A DNA stretch of 64,000 nt from an uncultured Microthrixaceae bacterium (GCA_965651815.1 CBFGTJ010000001.1:14036-78035); one strand, 5' to 3'; counted from the first letter of the stretch, positions 41,728 to 54,838 are shown. The notes: generated from the sequence alone by a model not told the origin. Numbers and translations: made by a program.

Positions 41728-42978
41728 ATGGACTTCGACGACACCCCCGAGGAGGCGGCGGTGCGGGCCGAGGCGCGTGCCTGGCTCGACGCCAACGCCA
41801 AGCGGCTCGACCACTCCGACCTCGAGGGGCTGCGCACCCACCGGGTGCACACCGAGGAGGAGGACCTCGCCGCGCTGGCCGAGGGCAAGGCGTGGCAGCG
41901 CCGCAAGGCGGAGGCGGGGTGGGCCGCCCCCCACTGGCCGGTGGAGCACGGTGGCCGCGGGCTGTCCCCCCTGCTCGCCGGGGTCTTCCAGGCCGAGGAA
42001 GCCAACTACGACGTGCCCGCCAACATGTTCTCGGTGGGCGTCGGCATGGTGGGCCCGACGATCATCGAGTGGGGCACCGAGGAGCAGCGCCGCCACCACC
42101 TCCCGCGGATCCTCACCGCCGAGGACGTGTGGTGCCAGCTGTTCAGCGAGCCCGGCGCCGGCTCCGACCTGGCCGGCCTGACCACGCGGGCCGACCTCGA
42201 CGGCGACGAGTGGGTCGTCACCGGGCAGAAGGTGTGGACCTCGGCCGCCCACCTGTCCGACATGGGGGTGCTGCTGGCCCGCACCGATTGGGACGCGCCG
42301 AAGCACCGGGGCATCACCTGCCTGCTCGTCGACATGCGGTCGCCGGGCATCGAGGTCCGGCCCCTCCGCCAGATCGACGGTGCCATCCACTTCAACGAGG
42401 TCTTCCTCGACGAGGTGCGCGTCCCGGCGGACCGCACGCTCGGCCCGGTCGGCGGGGGTTGGGGGGTGGCGGTCACGATGCTGGCCCACGAGCGCACCTC
42501 CATCGGAGGGGGCGGCATGTACCGCTTCGAGCAGGTCCTCGCGCTGGCACGCGCCACCTCGGACCTGTCGGACCCCGTCGTCCGCCAGCGGCTCGCGGAC
42601 CTCCACACACGCTTCGAGCTGCTGCGGTTCCTCGGCTACCGGGTTCGCACCGCGGCCGCCCGGGGCGAGCAGCCCGGTCCGGAGAGCTCGGTGATGAAGC
42701 TCGCCGTGTCCGCCCTCTACGAGGTGGGCGGCGACCTCGTCGTGGCGCTCCAGGGTCCCGCGGGAACCCTCGTGGGCGACGACGCGCCCTTCGGCGGCCG
42801 GTTCCAGGGCCTGTTCATGGGCCAGTGGGCCCCACGCATCGGCGGCGGCACCGACCAGGTGCAGCGCAACATCATCGGCGAGCGCGTGCTGGGCCTCCCG
42901 GGCGACGTGCGCGTCGACAAGGACGTGCCGTTCCGCGCGCTGCGCGGCAGCACGTCGCCTCGTACCGTGGGGGAGTGA
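41728..42978 (+). CDS. acyl-CoA dehydrogenase family protein
   Basis: 416 aa with QLFSEPGAGSDLAGLTTRA and GQKVWTSAAHLSD typical of ACADs. Confidence 0.9.
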   Translation: MDFDDTPEEAAVRAEARAWLDANAKRLDHSDLEGLRTHRVHTEEEDLAALAEGKAWQRRKAEAGWAAPHWPVEHGGRGLSPLLAGVFQAEEANYDVPANMFSVGVGMVGPTIIEWGTEEQRRHHLPRILTAEDVWCQLFSEPGAGSDLAGLTTRADLDGDEWVVTGQKVWTSAAHLSDMGVLLARTDWDAPKHRGITCLLVDMRSPGIEVRPLRQIDGAIHFNEVFLDEVRVPADRTLGPVGGGWGVAVTMLAHERTSIGGGGMYRFEQVLALARATSDLSDPVVRQRLADLHTRFELLRFLGYRVRTAAARGEQPGPESSVMKLAVSALYEVGGDLVVALQGPAGTLVGDDAPFGGRFQGLFMGQWAPRIGGGTDQVQRNIIGERVLGLPGDVRVDKDVPFRALRGSTSPRTVGE

Positions 42979-44144
42979 CCACCTCGCCGACGGCCCCGGT
43001 CGCCGACCTCGACCACGCGGCCACGACCGCGCTCCGACCCGAGGTGGCCGAGGCGATGGCGCCCTTCGGCGCCGACCGCTACGGCAACCCGTCGGGCACG
43101 CACCGCCTCGCCCGCGACGCGGTCCGCGCCGTGGACGAGGCCCGCGAGCGCGTCGCCGCCGTGCTGGGCTGCGAGCCCGGCGAGGTCGTGTTCACCTCCG
43201 GGGGCACCGAGGCCGACAACCACGCCGTCACCGGCGGGATGCCGCCCCGCGACGGCGTGCCGGTGTGCTCGGCGGTCGAGCACCACGCGGTGCTCGAGCC
43301 CGTGGAGGCGCTCGGCGGGCGGACCGTCCGCGTCGACCCGACCGGCCGCGTCGACCTCGACCACCTCGCCTCGGTGCTCGACGAGCTGGGCTCGTCGGCC
43401 TCGGTGGTCTCGGTGATGCTCGCCAACAACGAGACCGGGGTGGTCAACGACCTCGACGCGGTCGCGGAGGTGGTCCGCGCGCACGAACCGGAGGTCCCCG
43501 GCGTCCCCGTGCACACCGACGCGGTGCAGGCCGCGGCGTGGCTCGACCTCGCCGTGGCGGCACGCGCCGCGGACCTCGTGGCGGTCAGCGCCCACAAGCT
43601 CGGCGGCCCGAAGGGCGTCGGTGCGCTCGTCGCGCGGCGCCACGCCCACCTGCGCCCGTTGCTGCTCGGCGGCGGGCAGGAGCGCGGCCGCCGGTCCGGC
43701 ACGCTCAACGTCGCGGGGATCGTCGGCTTCGCCGCCGCGCTCGAGGCCGCGGCCGCCGAGCGGGAGGAGGCGACCGACCGCGTCGCGAAGCTGCGCGACC
43801 GCCTCGCCGAGGGCCTCGCGGCCACGGTGCCCGGCCTCGTGCGGACCGTGCCGGACGGCGCGGCCCCCGTGCTCCCGTCGGTGCTGCACGTGTGCATCGA
43901 GGGCGTCGAGTCCGAGACCCTGCTGTTCCTGCTCGAGTCCGACGGCGTGATGGCGTCCGCCGCGGCCTCGTGCGCCTCGGGGGCACAGGAGCCCTCGCAC
44001 GTGCTGGCCGCGATGGGGGTGCCCACGGGCCTCGCGCGCGGCTCGCTGCGCCTCTCGCTGGGCTGGAGCTCCACCGAGCGCGACGTCGACCTGGCGCTGC
44101 GCGCCGTGCCGGCCGCCGTGGAGCGGGTGAGGTCGTTCGGATGA
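42975..44144 (+). CDS. cysteine desulfurase (NifS/IscS-like, class V aminotransferase)
   Basis: 389 aa. GTG 42975 overlaps the upstream stop. SAHKLGGPKG contains the PLP lysine, and ASCASG is the catalytic Cys loop. Confidence 0.9.
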   Translation: MTTSPTAPVADLDHAATTALRPEVAEAMAPFGADRYGNPSGTHRLARDAVRAVDEARERVAAVLGCEPGEVVFTSGGTEADNHAVTGGMPPRDGVPVCSAVEHHAVLEPVEALGGRTVRVDPTGRVDLDHLASVLDELGSSASVVSVMLANNETGVVNDLDAVAEVVRAHEPEVPGVPVHTDAVQAAAWLDLAVAARAADLVAVSAHKLGGPKGVGALVARRHAHLRPLLLGGGQERGRRSGTLNVAGIVGFAAALEAAAAEREEATDRVAKLRDRLAEGLAATVPGLVRTVPDGAAPVLPSVLHVCIEGVESETLLFLLESDGVMASAAASCASGAQEPSHVLAAMGVPTGLARGSLRLSLGWSSTERDVDLALRAVPAAVERVRSFG

Positions 44145-45205
44145 GGGTGCTGGCCGCCCTGTCCGGGGGCGTCGACTCGTCGGTCGCCGCCGCGCTGCTG
44201 CTCGAGGAGGGCCACGACGTCGTCGGCGTCACGATGAAGCTGTGGGGCGGCGAGTCCGACACCGGGTGCTGCGCCGTGTCCGACGTGGAGGACGCCCGGC
44301 GGGCCGCCGCGCAGCTCGGCGTCGAGCACCACGTGTTCAACTTCGGTGAGGAGTTCGAGCGGCACGTGGTCGACCCCTACGTCGCCGACCACCTCGCGGG
44401 GCGGACGCCGAACCCGTGCGTCGAGTGCAACCGCCACCTCAAGTTCGACGCGCTGCTGCGACGCGCGGAGGTCCTGGGCTTCGACGCGGTCGCGACCGGC
44501 CACCACGCCCGCGTCGTCACCTCCACCGACGGCCACAGGTACGTCGCGAGGGGCGCGGACTCGGCGAAGGACCAGTCCTACGTGCTGCACCCCCTGCGCT
44601 CCGAGCAGCTGGAGCGGGTGCGTCTGCCGGTGGGCCGACACACCAAGGCCGAGGTCCGTCGGATCGCCGCGGAGCTCGGCCTGCGGACGGCCGCGAAGCC
44701 CGACAGCCAGGACGTGTGCTTCGTGACGAGGTCGGCCGGGCGCGGCGCGTTCCTCGCGCAGCGTGCGGAGCTGCGTCCCGGGGTGGTCGTCGACGAGGAG
44801 GGCCGGGTCCTCGGCGACGTCGAGGCAGTCGAGCTCGTCACCATCGGCCAGCGTCGGGGCCTGGAGCTCGCCGGTGGCTCCGGCCGGCGCTTCGTGCTCG
44901 ACGTCGACGTGGACACCGCGACGGTCACCGTCGGCCCACCGGAGCGGCTGCTGCGCGACGAGGTACGGGTGGACGGGGTCGTCTGGGCCGGCGAGCCGGT
45001 CGAGGGCCGCGTGCGCGCGCAGACCTCCGCACACGGCGAACCCGCCGCGGCGGACGTGCGCCTCGACGCCGACGGCACCGTCACGGTGCGGTGGGAGGAG
45101 CCGCGCCGGCGCGTCGCGCCGGGGCAGAGCGTCGTGCTCTACCGGGACGTCGCCACCGAGGACGGCCCCGTCGAGGTCGTGGTCGGCGGCGGGCTCGCGC
45201 GCTGA
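44141..45205 (+). CDS. mnmA: tRNA 2-thiouridine(34) synthase
   Basis: 354 aa. The start overlaps the upstream stop (ATGA). It has the PP-loop ALSGGVDSS and NPCVECN. Confidence 0.92.
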   Translation: MRVLAALSGGVDSSVAAALLLEEGHDVVGVTMKLWGGESDTGCCAVSDVEDARRAAAQLGVEHHVFNFGEEFERHVVDPYVADHLAGRTPNPCVECNRHLKFDALLRRAEVLGFDAVATGHHARVVTSTDGHRYVARGADSAKDQSYVLHPLRSEQLERVRLPVGRHTKAEVRRIAAELGLRTAAKPDSQDVCFVTRSAGRGAFLAQRAELRPGVVVDEEGRVLGDVEAVELVTIGQRRGLELAGGSGRRFVLDVDVDTATVTVGPPERLLRDEVRVDGVVWAGEPVEGRVRAQTSAHGEPAAADVRLDADGTVTVRWEEPRRRVAPGQSVVLYRDVATEDGPVEVVVGGGLAR

Positions 45206-45224
45206 GCCGCCCGGCAGCGACGCG

Positions 45225-46109
45225 TCAGCCGCGCTGCACCGCCAGCCGGCGGGTCGACGCGTGCTCCAGCAGCGCGCCGGGGCGTGACGGGGCGAACAGC
45301 AGCGACCCGGTGGACACCGGCTCGGCGACCTCGCCGCGGGGCACCACGGGCACGACCGTCACCGGCGGGTCGAGGTCGACCTGCAGGATGAGCCCGGTCG
45401 CCCCCGCGCTGAGGTCGAGCGCGGTGGTGTCGGCGGGCGCCGGGCCGAGACGGGTCACGTCACGGCGGCGCAGGAGCACCGGCTCCGCGAGCGCCATCTC
45501 GTCGACCAGGGTCATGCCGGCGGGCACGAACACGAGGCAGCGGCGGGACAGCCGGTGCAGCACCCGCAGCCCCCACCACGCGGCGGGCAGGCCCACCACG
45601 GCGAGCGCGACGCCGGGCACCCAGCGCTCGGCCGCGAGCAGCATCGCCGCCACGGGCAGCGGGACCGCCACCGCCGCCCACACCGCGGGGAGCGGGCCGA
45701 GCAGCAGGACCCCCGGCGGGCGCAGCCCGAACCGCCGCTCGTCGCCGTAGGAGTCGCCGTCGATGAAGTCCGCCCCGACCTCCGCGGAGAGCGCCAGCAC
45801 GAGCACCACCGCCGCGGTCACCGCGCCCACCCATCCGGCGGCGGACGCCGACACGTCGTCGCGGAGCAGGGCCACGGCCGCGGCGACCAGGGGCATCGGG
45901 GCGACGACCCGCAGGGCGGTGAGGGCGACCGAGCGGGTCACCAGCGAGGCGAGCAGCCCGCAGGCCCACAGCGACCACGCGAGCACGACCACCACGGCGC
46001 GCACCGCGCCGGAGCGGCCGTCGAGCGAGTCGGCCAACAGGTCGCCGAGGGTGAGGGGGAGCGTGACCCACAGGGCCCGTGTGGCCCAGGTCTGGGGGGA
46101 GGCGTGCAC
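45225..46109 (-). CDS. integral membrane protein, hypothetical
   Basis: 294 aa with about 6 TM helices and a soluble C-terminal region of about 90 aa. Confidence 0.6.
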   Translation of the reverse strand: MHASPQTWATRALWVTLPLTLGDLLADSLDGRSGAVRAVVVVLAWSLWACGLLASLVTRSVALTALRVVAPMPLVAAAVALLRDDVSASAAGWVGAVTAAVVLVLALSAEVGADFIDGDSYGDERRFGLRPPGVLLLGPLPAVWAAVAVPLPVAAMLLAAERWVPGVALAVVGLPAAWWGLRVLHRLSRRCLVFVPAGMTLVDEMALAEPVLLRRRDVTRLGPAPADTTALDLSAGATGLILQVDLDPPVTVVPVVPRGEVAEPVSTGSLLFAPSRPGALLEHASTRRLAVQRG

Positions 46110-46156
46110 CTCCCCAGACTTGCGCGCCCGGAGCGCCCACCGCTAGCAACGGGCAC

Positions 46157-47206
46157 ATGGGGGACGCGGTCGAGCTCAGAGCAGGGCTCGCCACGGCGGT
46201 CGGTCCGGTGCCCTTCGACGACGCCGTGGCTGCCTCCCGGTTCGTGCTCGCCACGCAGCCGGAGCTGCCGACGGTGCCGAGCGCCGGGACGGGCCCCGCC
46301 TCCCTGCTCGCGCAGGCGGTCGACGGCCTCGCGGGTGTGTCGGTGGGCCCCGGTGGGCTGCTCGCGGTGGACCACGACGTGTTCGACTCCGCGGCGATCG
46401 CCGCCGCGATCCGCAGCGGTGAGGTGCCGGTCGGGCACCGCTGCCCGGTGCTCGGCAGGTTCCTGCGGATGGCCCGGGAGCACGCCGCCGGCGTCGCCGG
46501 GTTCACCGGGGTCCGCGCCCCGCTGCTCGGTCCGGTGACCCTCGCCCTCGCGCTGCGCGGCGCGGGCGTGCCGCTCGAGGACGCCGCCCTGCTCGCCCGC
46601 GAGCTGGTGCCGAGGCGGGCCACCGCGCTGCTGGGCGGGCTGCGGGAGGTCCTCGTCGACGAGGTGGCCGTGGTGTGCCTCAACGAGCCCGGGCTCGTCG
46701 GGGCCATGCACCCGACCTTCCCGATGGCGCCGTCCGAGGTGCTCGACCTGCTGGACCCGGTCGTGCGCGCCCTCGACCAGCACCCCGACGCCGGCCGGCT
46801 CCTCATCGGCGTGCACGTCCCCGGGCGCACGGACTGGCCGACGATCCTCGCGTCGGGCGCGTCGCTGGTGTCCACCCCTGCCGACGCGAACGTCGTGGGG
46901 TGGGTCGCGGAGCTCGCCGACTTCCTCGAGCGGGGCGGCCGGGTCGCCTGGGGGGCGGTGCCGGTGGACCAGCCGCTCGGCACGAGCGAGGAGCGGCTGT
47001 GGCGCCGCCTGTCCGGCGCGTGGTGCGAGCTGGTGGCCGAGGGGGTCGATCCGCTCCTGCTGCGCCGGGCCAGCCTCGTGTCGCCCGTCGACGGGCTGGG
47101 GCACTTCGGCCCCACCCAGGCCGAGCTCGCGCTGCGCCACGTGCACTCCCTCTCGGTCAGGGTGGGCCGGCAGGCGCTCGCCGCCCGGCTCTCGCTCGGC
47201 GCCTGA
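46157..47206 (+). CDS. cobalamin-independent methionine synthase-like (URO-D/CIMS fold) family protein
   Basis: 349 aa from ATG 46157. The assignment rests on remembered actinobacterial synteny (between mnmA and ligA) and weak motif resemblance. Confidence 0.5.
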   Translation: MGDAVELRAGLATAVGPVPFDDAVAASRFVLATQPELPTVPSAGTGPASLLAQAVDGLAGVSVGPGGLLAVDHDVFDSAAIAAAIRSGEVPVGHRCPVLGRFLRMAREHAAGVAGFTGVRAPLLGPVTLALALRGAGVPLEDAALLARELVPRRATALLGGLREVLVDEVAVVCLNEPGLVGAMHPTFPMAPSEVLDLLDPVVRALDQHPDAGRLLIGVHVPGRTDWPTILASGASLVSTPADANVVGWVAELADFLERGGRVAWGAVPVDQPLGTSEERLWRRLSGAWCELVAEGVDPLLLRRASLVSPVDGLGHFGPTQAELALRHVHSLSVRVGRQALAARLSLGA

Positions 47207-50028
<2,822 letters not shown>

Positions 50029-50053
50029 GGGGATCGTGGGCCGGCGCCGCTGC

Positions 50054-50521
50054 TCAGTACGCGTCGAAGCACCAGGACACGGCGCTGGTGCTCTCCTCGC
50101 CCACGATCCGGTCCCAGACGTTGGCGACGACGCAGTTCCGCCCCGGCTCGAGGCTGTCGACCGGGGTGCCCGGCCCGGGCTGGAACTGGATCAGGCCGGT
50201 GCCCAGGTCCTTGATGAGCCCGTCGTCGGTGCTGCGCACCTCGATGCCGTTGATGACGAGGTAGGCGTCGTGTCCGGTGGCGACGTCGATGCCGATCAGG
50301 GACTGCCGGGGGACCTCCGCCCCTGCGACCGGCATCACCTGCTCGACCGAGTCGGGCAGGTTGCCCGCGGCGTCGCTGCCGGTCTGTGCGAGGCTGACCG
50401 TCACGACGAGGCCGGCGAGCGAGCCCAGCACCAGCAGCGTCGTCACGACGCGGCGCGTGACGGCGCCCATCCTGCGCCGGGGCGCCCGTGCCGGGGTGGT
50501 GTCGCTGCCCTGTTCGACCAT
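50054..50521 (-). CDS. membrane-anchored hypothetical protein
   Basis: About 155 aa from ATG 50521 (ATG 50470 is also possible). It has one TM helix and a C-terminal soluble domain. The longest form, to 50572, would cover the kinase promoter. Confidence 0.5.
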   Translation of the reverse strand: MVEQGSDTTPARAPRRRMGAVTRRVVTTLLVLGSLAGLVVTVSLAQTGSDAAGNLPDSVEQVMPVAGAEVPRQSLIGIDVATGHDAYLVINGIEVRSTDDGLIKDLGTGLIQFQPGPGTPVDSLEPGRNCVVANVWDRIVGEESTSAVSWCFDAY

Positions 50522-50566
50522 CGCAGGATGGTCTAGTGCGTCCCCGGATCGCGTGGTAGGCGGCAG

Positions 50567-50572
50567 TACCAT
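50567..50572 (+). promoter_or_regulatory. -10-like hexamer TACCAT positioned for leaderless PASTA kinase gene
   Basis: It lies 8 nt upstream of ATG 50581. Confidence 0.35.
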
Positions 50573-50580
50573 GACCGCCG

Positions 50581-52686
50581 ATGACGTCCCCCCGCCTCGC
50601 TGAGGACACCGGGCGCGAGCTCGGTGAGCGCTACCGGCTCGTCGCTCCCGTCGGCGTCGGCACCTCGTCCCGCGTGTTCCTCGCCGTCGACACCCAGCTG
50701 CGGCGGAGGGTCGCGGTCAAGCTGCTGCACGAGGCGCTCGCGGAGGACGAGGCGTTCCTGCGCCGGTTCCGCGCCGAGGCCCGGGCGGCCGGTGCGCTGA
50801 GCCACCCGAGCATCGTGGCGGTGTTCGACTGGGGCGAGGACCGGACCGAGGACGGCACCGTCGTGCCCTACCTGGTCACCGAGTTCCTCGGCGGGGGCAG
50901 TCTGCGGGGGATCCTCGACCGCGGCGAGCCGCTCAGCCCCTCCCAGACGATCGTCGTCGGGCTCGACGCCGCCCGCGCGCTGGCGCACGCGCACCAGCGG
51001 GGGCTCGTGCACCGCGACGTGAAGCCCGGCAACCTGCTCTTCGACGACGACGGGCGCCTGCGGCTGGCCGACTTCGGCCTCGCTCGGGCGCTCGCCGAGG
51101 CGTCCTGGACCGAGCCGAGCGGCGTCACGATCGGCACCGCCCGCTACGCCTCGCCCGAACAGGCGCTCGGCCGGCGGCTCGACGGGCGCTCGGACGTGTA
51201 CTCGCTGGCGCTCATCCTGGTGGAGTGCCTCACCGGGCGGGTGCCGTTCACCGGCGACACCACCGCCGCGACGCTCGCGCTGCGCACCCAGGGCGACCTC
51301 GAGCTCGGAGCCGAGCTCGGCCCGCTGCGTTCCGTGCTCGAGCGTGCCGGCCGCCTCGACCCCGAGCAGCGGCCGGACGCCGCGGAGCTGGAGATCGCGC
51401 TGATGGCCGCGGCGGAGGGACTGCCGCGCCCCGATCCGCTGCCGCTCGTGCCGACGCTCGGCGAAGGGGAGTCCACCTCGGAGCTCCACCTCGCCCGCGA
51501 GGTCGACGTCGTCGCGCCCGCGGCGGGGTCCGACCCGGTGGTGGTCGACGAACCCGACCCGGTGGTCGTCGAGCCGCCGGGTGCGCTGGCCGACTCGCCG
51601 CCGGAGCGCAACCCGATCGTCGTCGCCGAGGAGCACGACCTGCTCACCGGGTCCCGGCCGGCCTCGTTCGGTCCGGTCGACCCCTTCTCCCCGGAGAGCC
51701 GCCCGAACGAGGCGACGCCGACGCGGCGCGAGCTGCGCCGCCAGCGGCGTGCAGAACGTCGCGCAGCCCGGCCGACGGCGCGGCGCTGGCCGCGGCGGCT
51801 CGCCGTTCTGGTGCTCCTCCTCGCGCTGGTCGCGGGCGGCGGAGCCGCCTGGTGGTTCCTCATCCGCGTGCCGGTGCACGACGTGCCGGACCTCGCGGGC
51901 ATGACCGTCCAGGAGGCCGAGCGGATCGCCGACCGGCACAACTGGGAGCTGGAGGCCGACCGGCTGGACCGCCGCGACGGCACCGAACCGGGCGAAGTGC
52001 TGGAGCAGCGGCCAGCGGCGGGCGAGGAGCTGGCGGAGGGGGAGACCCTGCGGGTCACCGTGTCCCTCGGCCCGACCCTCACCCCGCTGCCGGAGGTCGC
52101 TGGGCTCACCGAGCCGGAGGCGGTCATGCTCATCGAGTCCGCAGGGCTCGTGGTGGGAGCGCGCTCGGTGGAGCACCACGAGGAGGTGCCCGACGGGTCG
52201 GTGATCAGCGCCGGGCTCCCCCAGGGCGTCGCGCAGGACCCCACCGGTCGGGTGCCGAAGGGCACCGAGGTGTCGCTCGTCGTGTCCTCGGGCCCCGCGC
52301 CCCGGGTGGTGCCCGACGGCCTGGCGGGTGCCACGCGGGAGGGTGCCGAGGCGTCGCTCGGGTCGGTGCAGCTGGCGGCGGACGTGGTCGAGGAGCACAG
52401 CGAGACCGTCCCGGCCGGCATCGTGGTCCGCGCCGAGCCGGGCGCCGGGACGCAGCTCGAGCGCGGCGCGACGGTGCGCCTCGTGGTCTCGAAGGGGCCC
52501 GCGCCGATCGAGGTGCCCGACGTCCGCTGGCACTCCGGCGCGGTGGCCGCGCAGACCCTCGAGGAGCACGGGTTCACCGTCTCGGGCATCGAGGGCTCGC
52601 CCTCGGGCATGGTGCTCGCCACCGACCCGGTGGCCGGGGAGCTGCACCCCCGGGGCACCGCGGTGCGGATCTTCACCCGCAACTGA
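50581..52686 (+). CDS. Ser/Thr protein kinase with four extracellular PASTA domains (PknB-like)
   Basis: 701 aa. Kinase motifs are VAVK, HRDVKPGNLL, DFG and SPE. A single TM helix is followed by four PASTA-like repeats of about 65 aa. Confidence 0.9.
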   Translation: MTSPRLAEDTGRELGERYRLVAPVGVGTSSRVFLAVDTQLRRRVAVKLLHEALAEDEAFLRRFRAEARAAGALSHPSIVAVFDWGEDRTEDGTVVPYLVTEFLGGGSLRGILDRGEPLSPSQTIVVGLDAARALAHAHQRGLVHRDVKPGNLLFDDDGRLRLADFGLARALAEASWTEPSGVTIGTARYASPEQALGRRLDGRSDVYSLALILVECLTGRVPFTGDTTAATLALRTQGDLELGAELGPLRSVLERAGRLDPEQRPDAAELEIALMAAAEGLPRPDPLPLVPTLGEGESTSELHLAREVDVVAPAAGSDPVVVDEPDPVVVEPPGALADSPPERNPIVVAEEHDLLTGSRPASFGPVDPFSPESRPNEATPTRRELRRQRRAERRAARPTARRWPRRLAVLVLLLALVAGGGAAWWFLIRVPVHDVPDLAGMTVQEAERIADRHNWELEADRLDRRDGTEPGEVLEQRPAAGEELAEGETLRVTVSLGPTLTPLPEVAGLTEPEAVMLIESAGLVVGARSVEHHEEVPDGSVISAGLPQGVAQDPTGRVPKGTEVSLVVSSGPAPRVVPDGLAGATREGAEASLGSVQLAADVVEEHSETVPAGIVVRAEPGAGTQLERGATVRLVVSKGPAPIEVPDVRWHSGAVAAQTLEEHGFTVSGIEGSPSGMVLATDPVAGELHPRGTAVRIFTRN

Positions 52687-52899
52687 CCGGCGCCGGCGAC
52701 GGGGCCCCGGGCACCAGCTGCCTCCAAGGGCCACGAACCACCCCGAGATCCACCACCCGCGCCGCCGTACGTCGTACGTTGATCCCCAGCCGGGACCGTC
52801 GCTCCCGTTGGGGTGGTCAGCTGGACGTGGTGTTCCCCAGCCGCCGCGATGAGGCGGCCACCCCAACCGGAGCGGCGGTCGGTCGCGTGGCGGGACGGC

Positions 52900-52905
52900 T
52901 AGGGT
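52900..52905 (+). promoter_or_regulatory. -10-like hexamer TAGGGT positioned for leaderless MFS gene
   Basis: It lies 9 nt upstream of ATG 52915. Confidence 0.35.
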
Positions 52906-52914
52906 GGCCCAGCC

Positions 52915-54441
52915 ATGCCGCCCCCCGTGCCGCAGCGCAGCAACCAGCACGCGCCCTGGTGGGAGCGGGTCCACGAACGTGCCGCGGCGAGCCGCCGCTA
53001 CCCGTGGATCGTCACGGTCACCCTCCTGTTCGGCATGTTCTGGGTGGCCAGCACGATCACGATCCTGACCGTCAGCCGGCCGACGATCGCCGAGGACCTG
53101 GACGCGTCGGTCGGGAGCCTCGTGTGGGTCATCTCCGGGCCGACCGTCGCGTTCGCGCTGATCGGCACCACCGCCGGCAAGCTGGGTGACCTCCACGGCC
53201 ACCGCCGCGTGTACCTGCTGGGCATGTCGGGCGCGGCGCTGTTCTCGCTGGCCTGCGCGATGGCGTGGTCCGGGGGGTCGCTCATCGCGTTCCGGGTCGC
53301 CGGCGCGGCGCTCGGCGCGGTCGCGGGGCCCTGCTCGCTCGCGATCATCAACCGGCTGTTCCGCCCCGCGGAGCGCTCCAAGGCGCTCGGGTTCTGGTCA
53401 CTCGTCGTGGCCGGCGGACCCGTCGTCGGCCTGGCGCTCGGCGGCCCGCTCGTCGAGGCGGTCGGCTGGAGGGTCATCTTCTGGGCCCAGGCTCCGCTCA
53501 TCGCGGCGTCGGTCGCGGTGTCGTTCGTCCTGCTGCCCCGCACCGAGCGGCGGCCCGACGTGCACTTCGACGTCGCCGGGCAGGCGATGCTGTTCCTCAC
53601 CCTCGGGTCGCTGCTGTTCGCGATCGACCGCAGCGCCGTGTGGGGGTTCGGGCACCCGGTGGTGCTCACCTCGCTCGCCGTCGTGCCCGTCGCCGCCTGG
53701 GGGTTCGCACGGGTCGAGCGGCGGGTCGAGCACCCCCTGATCCCCACCCAGTGGTTCCGCCGGCGGGCGTTCACGATCCCCGTGCTCGTGTCGTTCTTCC
53801 TGATGTTCGGCTACATGGGCGGGTTCACGCTCACGCCGAAGATGCTCGACGAGCTGCGGGGGATGAGCCCCGAGACGATCTCGCTGGTGATGATCCCCCG
53901 GCCCCTCACGTTCGCGGTCGCCGGGCCCATGGCGGGTTTCCTCGCCGCGAGGATCTCGGCCCGGAGCACCATCGTCGGCGGCATGGTGTCGCTGGTGCTG
54001 TCGATGGCGCTGTTCACCTGGGTGGCCCCCGACCCCGGCACCGCCGTCGTGCTGGTCGCGCTCACGCTCTCGGGCATCGGCATCGGCGCCTCCCAGCCCC
54101 GCGTCGCCGCCTCGGTGGCGAACGCGGTCGACGACGAGGACCTCGGCATCGCGGGCGCCACCCAGCAGCTGTTCTCCCAGGTGGGCACCGCCGTCGGCAT
54201 GAACCTCCTCGAGACCGTGCAGCTCGCCGCCAGGCCTTCGGTCGGGCTCGGCGGCTCCTACCGCGTCGCGTTCGGCGTGGGCACCGTCGTGAGCGTCGCG
54301 GGCCTCGCGCTCGCGACGGTCATGGAGGAGCCCCGCACGCGGGTCCGGCGGTTCTTCGCCCGGACGCGGGCCGGGGCGCCCGACGGCGCCCCGGAACCCA
54401 CGATCGTCGACGGGGCAGCGCCCCGCGAGGTCACTCCGTGA
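52915..54441 (+). CDS. MFS transporter, 14-TM DHA2 (EmrB/QacA-like) type
   Basis: 508 aa with the motif GKLGDLHGHRRVYL and about 14 TM helices. Confidence 0.85.
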   Translation: MPPPVPQRSNQHAPWWERVHERAAASRRYPWIVTVTLLFGMFWVASTITILTVSRPTIAEDLDASVGSLVWVISGPTVAFALIGTTAGKLGDLHGHRRVYLLGMSGAALFSLACAMAWSGGSLIAFRVAGAALGAVAGPCSLAIINRLFRPAERSKALGFWSLVVAGGPVVGLALGGPLVEAVGWRVIFWAQAPLIAASVAVSFVLLPRTERRPDVHFDVAGQAMLFLTLGSLLFAIDRSAVWGFGHPVVLTSLAVVPVAAWGFARVERRVEHPLIPTQWFRRRAFTIPVLVSFFLMFGYMGGFTLTPKMLDELRGMSPETISLVMIPRPLTFAVAGPMAGFLAARISARSTIVGGMVSLVLSMALFTWVAPDPGTAVVLVALTLSGIGIGASQPRVAASVANAVDDEDLGIAGATQQLFSQVGTAVGMNLLETVQLAARPSVGLGGSYRVAFGVGTVVSVAGLALATVMEEPRTRVRRFFARTRAGAPDGAPEPTIVDGAAPREVTP

Positions 54442-54838
54442 TGGCCTTGATCTCCTCGGCGACCTTGAGGGCCGCGGGGTCCACCACGCCGGACTGCAGC
54501 GCCATGAGCTTGGTCATGTCGCCCTCGACCTTGATCTTGCCCGCCATGAACGCCTGCATGCCCGCCTGCGGGTTGCCGTCGACGAGGATCGCCTTGGCCG
54601 TCTCGTAATCGAGCGTGACGGTGAGCTCCGGGTCGTCGAGGTGGCCCAGGTCCATCTTCATCTCGCCGCCGGTCGAGTCGATGTGGGAATGGACCGTGCC
54701 GTCGCCGAACGGCACGTCGGTGATGATCTGGTTCATCTTCATCGTGTGGGCGGGCGGCGATGCCTCGCCCGCGTGGCGCTCGCGGATCGCCTTCGCCTCG
54801 GCGACCCACTCCTCGGTCAAGAACTTGTACTTGGGCAT
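54431..54838 (-). CDS. SCP2 sterol-binding domain protein
   Basis: 135 aa from ATG 54838, which has an AAGGGGGG RBS. The C-terminal AFMAGKIKVEGDMTKLMAL is the SCP2 signature. The rest of the 402-aa ORF is shadow. Confidence 0.8.
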   Translation of the reverse strand: MPKYKFLTEEWVAEAKAIRERHAGEASPPAHTMKMNQIITDVPFGDGTVHSHIDSTGGEMKMDLGHLDDPELTVTLDYETAKAILVDGNPQAGMQAFMAGKIKVEGDMTKLMALQSGVVDPAALKVAEEIKAITE

